DNA from: Chlamydiota bacterium
Lineage (GTDB): Bacteria; Auribacterota; UBA3054; B51-G9
NCBI GenBank assembly: GCA_003648225.1
Contig: QMOL01000003.1
Location: forward strand, 1-33,287
DNA: 33,287 nucleotides
Direction of reading: 5' to 3'
The notes under the pieces are model-generated. The model made no database searches and was not told where the DNA came from. It was given only the letters and a program-made list of their open reading frames with translations. How positions within the stretch are numbered: the first letter of the stretch is position 1; the number at the start of each line of letters is the position of its first letter. Shown piece after piece: positions 9,345 to 19,075 of this stretch. Made by a program: the position numbers and the translations under genes.

Positions 9345-9787
9345 TAATATTGTTCCTTCTGTTCCGCTTCCTGAAAAGCGGCGTAGGAAACATTCCATAG
9401 TCCCGCCTGCGCACATGAGCGCATAATATTCATCATTCTACCGTAATGAGCATTTTTATCTCCGCGAATAATAATTTTTTTATCTGTTTTGTCTGATGAA
9501 TCGGCAACTTTACGCAGTCCCTCAGAAAGTTTTTCCATAGGTAAAACAGAACCGCTGACTTTAACAGTGCCGTTCGACAGAACATTAATAAGGATTTCCT
9601 GAACCCCCTCGCTTTTCTTTGCTTGTGCGGAATCAGCAATAGGGAGCGATACTTGTTTTTCAAGTTCTAAATCCTGTAGTTGGGAAGCAACGATAAAGAA
9701 AATCAGCAGAAGGAAAACAATATCAATCATAGAAGCAACCTGAAAGCCGATTTCTTCTTCTTTATGTTTCTGTTTAAATTTCATCAT
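9344..9787 (-). CDS. exbD: Biopolymer transporter ExbD/TolR family protein
   Basis: SMIDIVFLLLIFF; IIIRGDKNAHYG. Confidence 0.92.
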   Translation of the reverse strand: MMKFKQKHKEEEIGFQVASMIDIVFLLLIFFIVASQLQDLELEKQVSLPIADSAQAKKSEGVQEILINVLSNGTVKVSGSVLPMEKLSEGLRKVADSSDKTDKKIIIRGDKNAHYGRMMNIMRSCAQAGLWNVSYAAFQEAEQKEQY

Positions 9788-10521
9788 TGTTCAAATTTTT
9801 CAATAATTTCGCCAATCTTATCTTCAACAAGTACCATAAGATCATTTAAACGATTTCTGAAAAAGAAAAATGCCGCCATTGCAGGAATAGCAATAACTAA
9901 TCCACCCGCGGTGGTAATCAACGCTTCAGAAATATTATCAGCGAGAACAGACGCTTTGCCCATTCCCATTGTGGCGATATTTCCGAAAGCTTTAATCATA
10001 CCGGAAACAGTACCAAGCAACCCGAGCATGGGAGCGATAGTCGCGATAGTATTAAGATAAGAGATTTTAGTTCTTATAGCCGAAGCTTCTCGAGCACCGT
10101 GCTCAGCGATAGCTTCTTCCATAGCGGTTTTGCCGCGTTTTTTTGCTTTCAAGCCTGCACCGATAATTCTGGTAATCGCGCAAGGATTTTCTTCACAAAT
10201 TGCGAGTGTGGCATTGACATCGACTTTATCTGCTTCAGCATCGAGTTTTTCTGTTACATCTGTCGGCATAAGTTTGTCAGCTTTAATAAGCATAACCGCG
10301 TCAACGATAAGATAAACCATACCTACTGATAACAGAAGAATTGCGTACATAAAAATACCGCCTTTTACAAAAACAAGTTCAAAAAGACTTGTTTTTTTAG
10401 GCGCTGCAGTTGCTGCTACGTCATTCGTTACAGCAAAAAGGATTGCCGGAGTAAGTAAAACACCAATAGATAGTGAGTAATATTTCGCGCGTTTAATAAA
10501 AATTTTTATTATGCTTGTCAT
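9784..10521 (-). CDS. exbB: MotA/TolQ/ExbB proton channel family protein
   Basis: TIAPMLGLLGTVSGMI and ISEALITTAGGLVIAIP signatures. Confidence 0.92.
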   Translation of the reverse strand: MTSIIKIFIKRAKYYSLSIGVLLTPAILFAVTNDVAATAAPKKTSLFELVFVKGGIFMYAILLLSVGMVYLIVDAVMLIKADKLMPTDVTEKLDAEADKVDVNATLAICEENPCAITRIIGAGLKAKKRGKTAMEEAIAEHGAREASAIRTKISYLNTIATIAPMLGLLGTVSGMIKAFGNIATMGMGKASVLADNISEALITTAGGLVIAIPAMAAFFFFRNRLNDLMVLVEDKIGEIIEKFEQ

Positions 10522-10526
10522 TGTAA

Positions 10527-11357
10527 TTAATCTCCTTTAACATTGTTGATAGATGAAAGTTTTTTCTCAGCAATTTTGGCGCCATCGGTATTCGGATACG
10601 CTTCAATAATTTGTTTATAATAAAATGCCGCCTCATTCGTGCGACCGGCCTGTAAAAACAGATCCGCGCATTTTGCCTGTGTGCTTTCCTGAAGTTCATC
10701 AACATCACCATGCAAAACGATAATGCTAACATATTCTTCGAGAGCTTTTTTGGGTTGATTTACCGACTCGTAATATTTTGCGAGTCCCTGGTGCGCTTTC
10801 GCGCGTATTCGGTCGCTGGTTCTTGGATTTTTAACTAAATCTTTTAATTTTTTCTCTAACTCGGGGCCCGGCTTACCTGAAAGTTGGAGTTCAATAAGCC
10901 AGTATTCAGCTTCGTTTCTGTAACGTGTCTTCGGAAATTTATCAAGTAGTTTTTGAAGAATAGGCGCCGCTTCTTTTGTCTTTCCTTCATTTGCAAGGCA
11001 AATTCCCACACCATAAAGCGCGCGTTCAAACCACGGCACCTGCAGGTCATTATATCTTTTAAGCCATTGAGTAAAAATGGGTTCTGCCTTCGCGTATTTC
11101 TTTTGTTTGATTAAAGAAAAAGCTTTTTCGGCATTTCTCGGCGGAGTCATTTTTGTAAGTTTAAAACTTATTTTATTATCGTCAAACTCCATCTTCGCCT
11201 GTTTCGTTCTTATAGCTACTTTGCCGGGAGATGACCGCGAAACAATACCATTATATTTTTTGCCGCTTTTTAAAACAAGAATATCTGCCATCACTGTCAA
11301 TCCTGCAAATAAAACAAGAACAGCCAAAACGAAGAATATTTTAATTTTATTTGTCAT
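10527..11357 (-). CDS. Exported TPR protein with a small N-terminal beta domain
   Basis: Signal peptide, DILVLKSGKKYNG beta-rich segment, then TPR-like helical pairs (LLDKFPKT, IIEAYPNT). Confidence 0.8.
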   Translation of the reverse strand: MTNKIKIFFVLAVLVLFAGLTVMADILVLKSGKKYNGIVSRSSPGKVAIRTKQAKMEFDDNKISFKLTKMTPPRNAEKAFSLIKQKKYAKAEPIFTQWLKRYNDLQVPWFERALYGVGICLANEGKTKEAAPILQKLLDKFPKTRYRNEAEYWLIELQLSGKPGPELEKKLKDLVKNPRTSDRIRAKAHQGLAKYYESVNQPKKALEEYVSIIVLHGDVDELQESTQAKCADLFLQAGRTNEAAFYYKQIIEAYPNTDGAKIAEKKLSSINNVKGD

Positions 11358-14146
11358 TTTTGCACCTTAGGATATAGTTCAGTAAACTTTTTCCGCGCTG
11401 CGGATGCTTGTTCGGTCAACCCGAGTTTTTTATAAGATTTTATCAAACCTTCAAATGCCGGCACACCATATTTTTTAATTTTTCCATATAGAATTGTCGC
11501 TCGTTTAAAATATTGCGCGGCTTTTTTATATTCATTTTTATTATACATACTTTTGCCTTTTAATACAACTGCACGAGCAGACATTTCAGCGCCACTTCTT
11601 AGTTTAATTGCCTGGTCACACAAGCTGATAACTTTGTCATAATCATTTAGTTCTATTAAACATTCTGCCTGATCTAAAAAAGCTATGGCATTAATTTTAT
11701 TATCAGGAATAATACATTCGCTAAGCAATTTCGCGTAAGTTTGTTCCGCGGATTCATATTCTTTTTGGAAAAACAATGCGCGGGCGTGTTGGAAAAGCGC
11801 TTCATCAAGTCCCAGATTTGTCTGGAGACAAATTGTTTCTGCTTGCTCAGCTGTTTCCGCGGCTTTTTGGTATTCCTTCTTTTCGTTAAGAATTCCCGCT
11901 TGTAAAGCGAGTGCGTAGCCCAAAACGTCATTATATTTTATTTTCTCAATTGCTAATTCCGGCATAACCAATGCTGCTTCTTTCGGTTTTCCTGCGTGCA
12001 TAAGCACACCTGCTTTAGCTATATCTATATAAATTTTCGCGTTAGGTTTTTCTTTGGAAAGCTTATCCGTTTCGGCAAGAAATGTGTCAAACTGATTAAA
12101 TTTCTGATTGTAAATGTCTCCGGCGCGAACAAGAGAATAAATTCCATATCCGGTATATGGAAACTTGTTGAAAGCAAATTTTAATGCTTCAAGCGATTTG
12201 GCAAAATTGTTTCCAAGCGCGTAACTTTCACCAGCAAGATACGCGGCTTCCGAAGCATAACTATGATTTGGAAAGTTTTCAATTAATGTTTTATAAGTTT
12301 CCGCAGCCTCATTGTAAGCAGTTGTGTTTCTAAGTAAATATCCAATCCAATAATATGCATCGCCGGCTTCACTTGAAACAGGATATTTTTCAATAACTTT
12401 TGCGAGCGCGTTGCTCATACCGACAGTATCATCCATATAATATTTACAGAACGCGATTTGCAGTTGAGCATAAGGAAGGACGGGATTTGTTTCTGATAGT
12501 CCTCCGGAAATGATAGAATTAAAAGTTTTTTCGGCTTCAGCATATTTTTGCGCTTGCATTTGTGCTTCACCAATAGAAAATTTTGCTTGTGGAACAAGTT
12601 CACTGTCAGGAAACCTATCAACAAAATTCATATACGCGGTTGAAGCGTTTTCATATTGCCCCGCTTGCATATAATTGTCACCTATAAGAAATGTCGCGTT
12701 CTCAATTAAATTAGTCGCCGTGATTTTTCTGTATTGGTCTATCGCGGCAATAAATTTGTTTGTGGCGGTCAGATAATCCGCATAAATCATATGAACCTCC
12801 TGAACTCGTTCAGCGGCGGTATCTGCCTCATCAGAAGAGGGAAAATCATTAATGAGATTCTCAAGAGTTGTAATCGCGCGATTATAATATTTTTGTTCAA
12901 TAAACGCTTCCGAAAGGTAGATATAACTTGCCGGAACCAATTCGCTGTCGGGGAATTTTTTCGCAAATTCTTTTAACGTTTGTTCTGCATCAGTAAATTG
13001 TTTGGCGTTCAGATAAGCTATTCCCAGCATATTAAAAGATACTTCCGCGTACGCGCCTGTCGGGAATTCTTTTAAACCCATTTTAAGATTATAGATCGCG
13101 TTGGAATAATCGTGTTTTTCCATAAGTCTTTGCGCAAAATAAAGCCTTACATCGTTAACTGCTGTTTTTTTATCATGCGTTTTCAAAAAATTAAAATATG
13201 ACTTTTCCGCGCGACCATAATTCCCGTAATCAGCATCGCTTAAAATAGCTCTGTGCCACGCTTCAGTTGACATCTCCGTATCAGCATAAAGTTTAGCTAC
13301 GCCATCGAAACCAATATGCGCTTCAAGCGGGTGATCGAGTTTTTCGTAAGTTTGAGCTATTTCAAACAGAATTCCCGCGTTCAATTTTCTCGCCTCCAAG
13401 TCATTCCCTTTAGATTTAATGCGTCTATATTGGTCGATTGCTTTAATTAAATTTCCGTTTTGCCTGTAGATATCACCAAGTTTAAAAAGCGCGCTGTTTT
13501 TAGCATCTCTATTTTTAGCCGTTTTAACAAGCAGGGACATTAATTTTTCGGTTTTTTTATAGTTTTTCTGCTTTGCCGCAATATTTGCTAAAAGATAAAT
13601 TGCACCGTCGTGCATAGAACTTTTTTCATTCGCGGCAACAGGTGTAAGCAATTTGCTTGCATCTGCATAGTCGCCTTTGGCTATGTAAGATGACGCAAGC
13701 TGATAATAAGCCGAGTCTTTTGCCGCGCTTCTGGGTTTGTTTTTGAGAAAAGTTTTGATGTGCTGTATAGCTTCATCATATTTGCCCTTGGCAGTCATAA
13801 TTCTCGCCTGAGCAATTATCGCTGAATCTACACGAGCTATTTTATCACCATATTTGCCGTATCGTTTGAGTAGAAGATTAAGTGTAGCGGCGGCTTTGTT
13901 GTATTGACCTATGTCGATATAAGCCGAACTAAGTTGAAAGAGAATTTCAGAATTAGCAGAGTGGAAAGGATGTTTTTTTTCTGCCTGTTCAAGAAGAGGA
14001 ATTGCGATTTTTGTGTTACCGCTTTGTGCCGCCGCAAGCGCTTGTTCGATTAATTTATCGGATTTTGATTCCGCGTTGCTGTAAAATGAAAAAGCAAGCG
14101 CGAAGATTATCAATAAGATTTTTGAATATTTTTTAATAAATATCAT
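11354..14146 (-). CDS. Large exported tetratricopeptide repeat protein (BamD/CpoB-type repeats)
   Basis: Signal peptide (..YSNA|ES) then many TPRs with the 'F/YPxS..A' turn. ATG at 14146 preferred; the track's TTG at 14173 is an alternative. Confidence 0.85.
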   Translation of the reverse strand: MIFIKKYSKILLIIFALAFSFYSNAESKSDKLIEQALAAAQSGNTKIAIPLLEQAEKKHPFHSANSEILFQLSSAYIDIGQYNKAAATLNLLLKRYGKYGDKIARVDSAIIAQARIMTAKGKYDEAIQHIKTFLKNKPRSAAKDSAYYQLASSYIAKGDYADASKLLTPVAANEKSSMHDGAIYLLANIAAKQKNYKKTEKLMSLLVKTAKNRDAKNSALFKLGDIYRQNGNLIKAIDQYRRIKSKGNDLEARKLNAGILFEIAQTYEKLDHPLEAHIGFDGVAKLYADTEMSTEAWHRAILSDADYGNYGRAEKSYFNFLKTHDKKTAVNDVRLYFAQRLMEKHDYSNAIYNLKMGLKEFPTGAYAEVSFNMLGIAYLNAKQFTDAEQTLKEFAKKFPDSELVPASYIYLSEAFIEQKYYNRAITTLENLINDFPSSDEADTAAERVQEVHMIYADYLTATNKFIAAIDQYRKITATNLIENATFLIGDNYMQAGQYENASTAYMNFVDRFPDSELVPQAKFSIGEAQMQAQKYAEAEKTFNSIISGGLSETNPVLPYAQLQIAFCKYYMDDTVGMSNALAKVIEKYPVSSEAGDAYYWIGYLLRNTTAYNEAAETYKTLIENFPNHSYASEAAYLAGESYALGNNFAKSLEALKFAFNKFPYTGYGIYSLVRAGDIYNQKFNQFDTFLAETDKLSKEKPNAKIYIDIAKAGVLMHAGKPKEAALVMPELAIEKIKYNDVLGYALALQAGILNEKKEYQKAAETAEQAETICLQTNLGLDEALFQHARALFFQKEYESAEQTYAKLLSECIIPDNKINAIAFLDQAECLIELNDYDKVISLCDQAIKLRSGAEMSARAVVLKGKSMYNKNEYKKAAQYFKRATILYGKIKKYGVPAFEGLIKSYKKLGLTEQASAARKKFTELYPKVQK

Positions 14147-14243
14147 ACCGATTTTTAATAAGCCATTAGACAACGAAATAATATATAATTATGGTTGTTG
14201 TTTTATTTTTTATTTGCTTTAATTTAGAGTATAACTTTATTAA

Positions 14244-14272
14244 ATTATATCCTACTTGACAGAATTTGTCAA
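14244..14272 (-). promoter_or_regulatory. Consensus sigma70 promoter of the TPR-exbBD operon with an overlapping palindrome
   Basis: TTGACA (14272-14267), 17 bp, TATAAT (14249-14244); inverted repeat TTGACA-GAATT-TGTCAA at 14256-14272. Confidence 0.75.
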
Positions 14273-14494
14273 TAACCCATTGCAGGAGATACCCGATTTT
14301 TAACCAACAACATTAAAATGGATTATAAAAAATATACAAAATATTCAGTAAATATTGTAAGCAGTAATTACTCTTTTGAGAGTTTTAGATATTTTTATGG
14401 GGCAGGGGGATTTTTTGGGGGACTCAGATAAAATTTATCCCGATACGTTGCGCCATCGGAATGAATTTAGAACTTAATTAATTTTGCCAAATCA

Positions 14495-15748
14495 TCATCC
14501 TTCATATTTTTTGACTAAAATCGAGGCGTTGTGACCTCCAAAACCAAATGAATTGCTTAACGCTGTTGTAACCTGAAAATCAATTGCCTCGTTTGGAACA
14601 CAATTAACTTTACATCTTGGATCAGGAAATTCATGGTTAATTGTCGGTGGAATAATTCCGTGCTGCATCGTAAGACATGTGGCAGCAAGTTCAATCCCGC
14701 CGGCGGCACCAAGAGTATGTCCGGTCATAGATTTTGTTGAAGTAACCATTACTTTTGAATCAAGACCAAAAAGACGATTTACAGCAAGTGATTCTGAAAT
14801 GTCTCCAAGAGGTGTTGATGTTCCGTGTGAATTGATATATTGAATATCTTCCGGTTTTAAACCGCTTTGCCGAAGAGCCATGCGCATCGCCTGTTCCGCG
14901 CCTCTGCCTTCGGCTTCCGGAGCAACCATATTATAAGCATCTCCACTCATTCCAACGGCGAGGAGTTCCGCGTAAATCGGTGCATTGCGTTTTAAAGCAT
15001 GCTCAAGTTCTTCAAGAATAACAATTCCTGCACCTTCAGCCATAACAAAGCCGTCGCGCTTTTCATCAAACGGCCTGCTTGCGCGTTCGGGTTGATCGTT
15101 AAAAGAGGTGCTTAAAGCGTTCATATTTGAGAAGCCGCCCATTCCAAGAGCAGAAAGCGCGCTTTCTGCTCCACCGGCAACAAAAATCTCGGCATCGCCA
15201 AATTTAATTGACCTAAATGCCGCGCCGACAGAATGAGCTGCCGTCGCGCACGCGGTAACCACGCAATAGTTTGGTCCTTTCATTCCTTGTTTAATTGAGA
15301 TTTGGCCTGCAGCCATATCAACAATCATCATAGGAATAAGAAAAGGAGAAATAGCACGCGGACCACGTTTTATACATCGCTCGTGCTGCTTCTCAATAGT
15401 ATTAAGTCCACCAATACCCGAACCAACGATTACGCCTGCGCGTGTCGGGTCTTCATTTTCCATATTTATTTTGCTGTCTTTAACAGCCATTTCTGCGGCA
15501 GCAACAGCGAACTGAACAAACCTGTCCATTCTTCTTGCTTCTTTTGCGTCAAAAAAGTCATCGGGATTAAAATCTCTGACTTCGCCGGCAATTTTAGAAG
15601 GAAATTTCTCCGGATCAACATAAGTAAGCGGTTTAATTCCGTTTTTACCATTTACTATGCTGTTCCAGAAAGTATCTAAAGTGTTACCAACGGGTGTTAT
15701 TACACCAAGACCGGTTATTACTACTCGTCTGTTAGAAAATGAATTCAT
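14495..15748 (-). CDS. fabF: Beta-ketoacyl-ACP synthase II
   Basis: RRVVITGLG, TACA, HGTST, KSMTGHTLGAAG, SNSFGFGGHN. Confidence 0.97.
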   Translation of the reverse strand: MNSFSNRRVVITGLGVITPVGNTLDTFWNSIVNGKNGIKPLTYVDPEKFPSKIAGEVRDFNPDDFFDAKEARRMDRFVQFAVAAAEMAVKDSKINMENEDPTRAGVIVGSGIGGLNTIEKQHERCIKRGPRAISPFLIPMMIVDMAAGQISIKQGMKGPNYCVVTACATAAHSVGAAFRSIKFGDAEIFVAGGAESALSALGMGGFSNMNALSTSFNDQPERASRPFDEKRDGFVMAEGAGIVILEELEHALKRNAPIYAELLAVGMSGDAYNMVAPEAEGRGAEQAMRMALRQSGLKPEDIQYINSHGTSTPLGDISESLAVNRLFGLDSKVMVTSTKSMTGHTLGAAGGIELAATCLTMQHGIIPPTINHEFPDPRCKVNCVPNEAIDFQVTTALSNSFGFGGHNASILVKKYEG

Positions 15749-15841
15749 TCGATTATCCAGGTTTAGATAGATATATAATAAAGTATAATAACACTTCGAT
15801 AAGAAATATTATTGCTTTCTTTCAATTGCATTTAAGTATGG

Positions 15842-15896
15842 ACCGGTCGCATTCGCGTCTCTAGTAAAGAGACGGCGAATACAATCCGGGTTTTTA
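15842..15896. other. Long stem-loop between acpP and fabF
   Basis: ATTCGCGTCTCT-AGTAA-AGAGACGGCGAAT with outer CCGG/CCGG pairing; T tract on the + strand only. Confidence 0.55.
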
Positions 15897-15949
15897 TATC
15901 TCAAACTGAAATTATTATCCGTTTAAGACATATAATTCAAGTGAATGAA

Positions 15950-16192
15950 TTATTCTGTTACCATTTCGTTTTCGATGAAATTGATGGCATCGCCAACTGT
16001 TTTAATCTTTTCAGCGGCTTCATCAGGAATCTGACCATCAAATTCTTCTTCAAGCGCCATGACAACTTCGACGAGGTCGAGACTATCGGCACCGAGATCA
16101 TCTGTAAAAGATGCTTCCGGAGTTACTTCTTCCGGCTTAACGCCAAGCTGTTTTACGATGATGTCTTTTACTTTTTCAGCAGTTTCAGACAT
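15950..16192 (-). CDS. acpP: Acyl carrier protein
   Basis: [21 protein letters not shown] phosphopantetheine site; AAGGAG ribosome binding site. Confidence 0.97.
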   Translation of the reverse strand: MSETAEKVKDIIVKQLGVKPEEVTPEASFTDDLGADSLDLVEVVMALEEEFDGQIPDEAAEKIKTVGDAINFIENEMVTE

Positions 16193-16306
16193 AATAATGC
16201 TCCTTTTTATATAAGGTTAATTACACAGCGGAAAACCTTTTCCCGCCTTTTTATTAATACGCGACAGTAATCTCACATTGATTTCCTGCCATTGATTAGA
16301 CGTCAG

Positions 16307-17059
16307 TTACATAACCATGCCGCCGTCAACAACAACGACCTGACCTGTAACATAACTTGATAAATCACTTACGAAAAACAATACTATTTTTGCCACGTCA
16401 TCGGCTGTTCCAAATGCTTTCTGAGGAATTAATTTCAACATTGTTTCCTTAACCTCTTCAGATAGAACCTCTGTCATCTTCGTTTGTATAAACCCGGGCG
16501 CTACAGCGTTGACATTAATCCCGCGACTTGCAAGCTCTTTCGCTGAACTTTTTGTTAAGCCGATCAATCCGGCTTTGCTTGCAGCGTAATTTGCCTGGCC
16601 CGCGTTACCGATAAGCCCGATTATTGACGCAATATTTACGATACGTCCCGAGCGCTGTTTCATCATAATTCTTGTTACGGCATGAGTGCAGTTGAAAGCG
16701 CCTTTAAGATTTACTCTGAGAACCGCGTCCCATTCCGCTTCGCCCATTCTCATAATTAAAGTATCTTTAGTAATTCCGGCATTATTAACAAGAATATCAA
16801 TTTGTCCAAAATCTTCGTGAATTTGTTTAATTGTATCATGAATTCCGTTAAAATCCGAAACATCTTCGCCATAAGCTTTTGCTTCAACACCAAATCCTTT
16901 GGCTTTTTCAACTGTTTCTTCAGCAAATTCACTTTTAAGTTCTACTGCGGCTATATTTGCGCCCGCGTTTGCAAGGGCTAAAGCAATTGCCTGTCCGATT
17001 CCGCGACCTGCACCTGTTACAAGCGCTGTTTTTCCTTTTAAATCAATAGTTAAACTCAT
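16307..17059 (-). CDS. fabG: 3-oxoacyl-ACP reductase
   Basis: TGAGRGIG, NNAGITKD, YAASK, VAPGFI. Confidence 0.97.
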   Translation of the reverse strand: MSLTIDLKGKTALVTGAGRGIGQAIALALANAGANIAAVELKSEFAEETVEKAKGFGVEAKAYGEDVSDFNGIHDTIKQIHEDFGQIDILVNNAGITKDTLIMRMGEAEWDAVLRVNLKGAFNCTHAVTRIMMKQRSGRIVNIASIIGLIGNAGQANYAASKAGLIGLTKSSAKELASRGINVNAVAPGFIQTKMTEVLSEEVKETMLKLIPQKAFGTADDVAKIVLFFVSDLSSYVTGQVVVVDGGMVM

Positions 17060-17064
17060 ATTTT

Positions 17065-17092
17065 AAGGTTTAAGGTTTAAGGTTTAAGGTTT
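17065..17092 (+). repeat. Heptamer tandem repeat (AAGGTTT) x4 just upstream of the fabG start
   Basis: Four perfect units, same unit as 5887-5941. Confidence 0.85.
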
Positions 17093-17123
17093 TAATCATC
17101 AATTAATAACCAATTACTGATAC

Positions 17124-18041
17124 CTATTTTATCTCTTCCGGCGTTTCCACTGAAATCACATTTGCCGCACGCTCAATTTTTTTCATGAGTCCCTGTAATA
17201 CTTTACCGGGACCTAACTCATAATAGTTCTCTATTCCCTGAAAAAGCATCCAACGACAATTGTCTTCCCAGCGAACCGAACCGACAACCTGTTTGCCAAG
17301 CAACTCAGGCATTTCCGCGGCACAATTATACGGCATTCCGGTTACATTTGAAAGAACAGTACAAGAAGGCTCTTCCCAATTTACCGCTTCAAGGAGCGGT
17401 TGAAGACCTTTGCGTGCCGATTCCATAAGTTGAGTATGAAAAGCACCACTCACTTTTAACGGGATAACTCTGCGCGCTCCCGCTTCCGAGCATTCGGCAG
17501 AAGCTTTTGCTACCGCATCGGAAGTTCCTGAAATAACAATTTGTCCGGGACTATTGTAGTTTGCAACATACGCGCCATCAATTCCGGTGCAAATTGTATC
17601 AATCTTTTCTGCTTCAAGCCCAAGAACGGAAGCCATTGCACCCGGATTCTTTTCCGCCGCTTCCTGCATAAGTTTTCCACGCATTTGAACAAGTTTAATT
17701 CCTTCCGCGAAAGGTAAGCTTCCAACTGCAGTCAAAGCTGAATATTCGCCGAGACTAAGTCCCGCGACAGCAGAAATTGTTCCCTCAAACTTTTCTTTAA
17801 AAACGTTGAATGCGGCACAAGAAACAGCATAAATTGCTGGCTGAGAAACGTCCGTTGCCGTAAGATTTTCCGCCGGCCCGTTAAAAAGGACTTCAAGAAA
17901 ATTCCCGCCAAGCATTTGATCGGCTTTCTCAAGTATTTCTTTTCCAACAGTACTTTCTTCGTAAAGCGATTTGCCCATACCAACGTATTGCGCGCCTTGA
18001 CCCGGAAAAAGAATACCTATATTATTGTTTTTATCTGTCAA
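17124..18041 (-). CDS. fabD: Malonyl-CoA:ACP transacylase
   Basis: LFPGQGAQ, GLSLGEY, VSGAFH, ELGPGKVL. Confidence 0.96.
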   Translation of the reverse strand: MTDKNNNIGILFPGQGAQYVGMGKSLYEESTVGKEILEKADQMLGGNFLEVLFNGPAENLTATDVSQPAIYAVSCAAFNVFKEKFEGTISAVAGLSLGEYSALTAVGSLPFAEGIKLVQMRGKLMQEAAEKNPGAMASVLGLEAEKIDTICTGIDGAYVANYNSPGQIVISGTSDAVAKASAECSEAGARRVIPLKVSGAFHTQLMESARKGLQPLLEAVNWEEPSCTVLSNVTGMPYNCAAEMPELLGKQVVGSVRWEDNCRWMLFQGIENYYELGPGKVLQGLMKKIERAANVISVETPEEIK

Positions 18042-18064
18042 TTTATAATTCCTTTATATTTAAG

Positions 18065-19075
18065 TCACCATTTTATCAAAGCCGATCCCCAAGTCATTCC
18101 CGCGCCGAAAGCTACAAGAAGCAGGTAATCATCCTTCTTCAGATCATTATTTAAAATTACTTCCGCGAGACCTACAGCAGTTGACGCCGCTGACATATTT
18201 CCGTATTTATGAATATTATAATGTATTTTGCTTTGGTCAAGTCCTAACGCCTGCGAAGCGGCATCAATAATTCTTTTGTTTGCCTGATGAGGAATAAGCC
18301 AGGTTATATCTTCAGCAGCCAGATTATTTCTTTCAGCTATACGGACAGTTGTTCTTTTCATTGCTGTAACCGCGAATTTGAAAACTTCTCTGCCTTTCAT
18401 TTTCGTAAAATGCATTTTCTGATCTACGGTTTCCTTGGTCGCGGGATATCGTGATCCGCCACCCGGAACTTCAAGCCAAGCTACATTTCTGCCATCGCTT
18501 TCCAGTATAAAATCTATTAAGCCGTGCCCTTCGTTTTCAGTTCTTTTAAGAACAACCGCGCCGGCTCCATCACCGAAAAGAACACAAGTATTTCTATCTT
18601 CATAATCAGTAATAGTGCTTAATTTTTCCGCACCGATAACTAGTGCTGTTTTAATATAATCATTTGAAAGGTACATATAAGCGGTAGAAAGCGCGTAAAT
18701 AAAACCTGTACAGGCGGCTGAAAGGTCGAATGCAAAAGCATTTCTCGCTCCAATACCTTTTTGAACAAAACAGGCTGTACTAGGGTACTGCATATCCGGA
18801 GTAATTGTACCGCAAATAATTAAATCAATTTCTTCAGCTTCCATTTTGGCATTCTCAAGCGCGGATTTCGCCGCATGAATTGCCAGATCGGATGTTGCCA
18901 TTTCCGGAGGCGCGATTCTTCTTTCATGAATTCCTGTTCTTTCTGTAATCCATTCATGATTTGTGTCCACCATTTTTTCTAGATCAGAGTTGGTTAATAC
19001 TCGTTCCGGCAGGTAATAACCTGCGCCAATGATTTCAACGGGGACTTTTTTTTCTAATTTAGGTAAATTTTTCAT
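18065..19075 (-). CDS. fabH: Beta-ketoacyl-ACP synthase III
   Basis: AACTGF, LFGDGAGA, PHQAN, YGNMS catalytic triad motifs. Confidence 0.96.
   Translation of the reverse strand: MKNLPKLEKKVPVEIIGAGYYLPERVLTNSDLEKMVDTNHEWITERTGIHERRIAPPEMATSDLAIHAAKSALENAKMEAEEIDLIICGTITPDMQYPSTACFVQKGIGARNAFAFDLSAACTGFIYALSTAYMYLSNDYIKTALVIGAEKLSTITDYEDRNTCVLFGDGAGAVVLKRTENEGHGLIDFILESDGRNVAWLEVPGGGSRYPATKETVDQKMHFTKMKGREVFKFAVTAMKRTTVRIAERNNLAAEDITWLIPHQANKRIIDAASQALGLDQSKIHYNIHKYGNMSAASTAVGLAEVILNNDLKKDDYLLLVAFGAGMTWGSALIKW

Noticed and set aside
17124-18041. FabD GLSLG instead of GHSLG
   Set aside because: Common natural variant; the catalytic Ser is retained.
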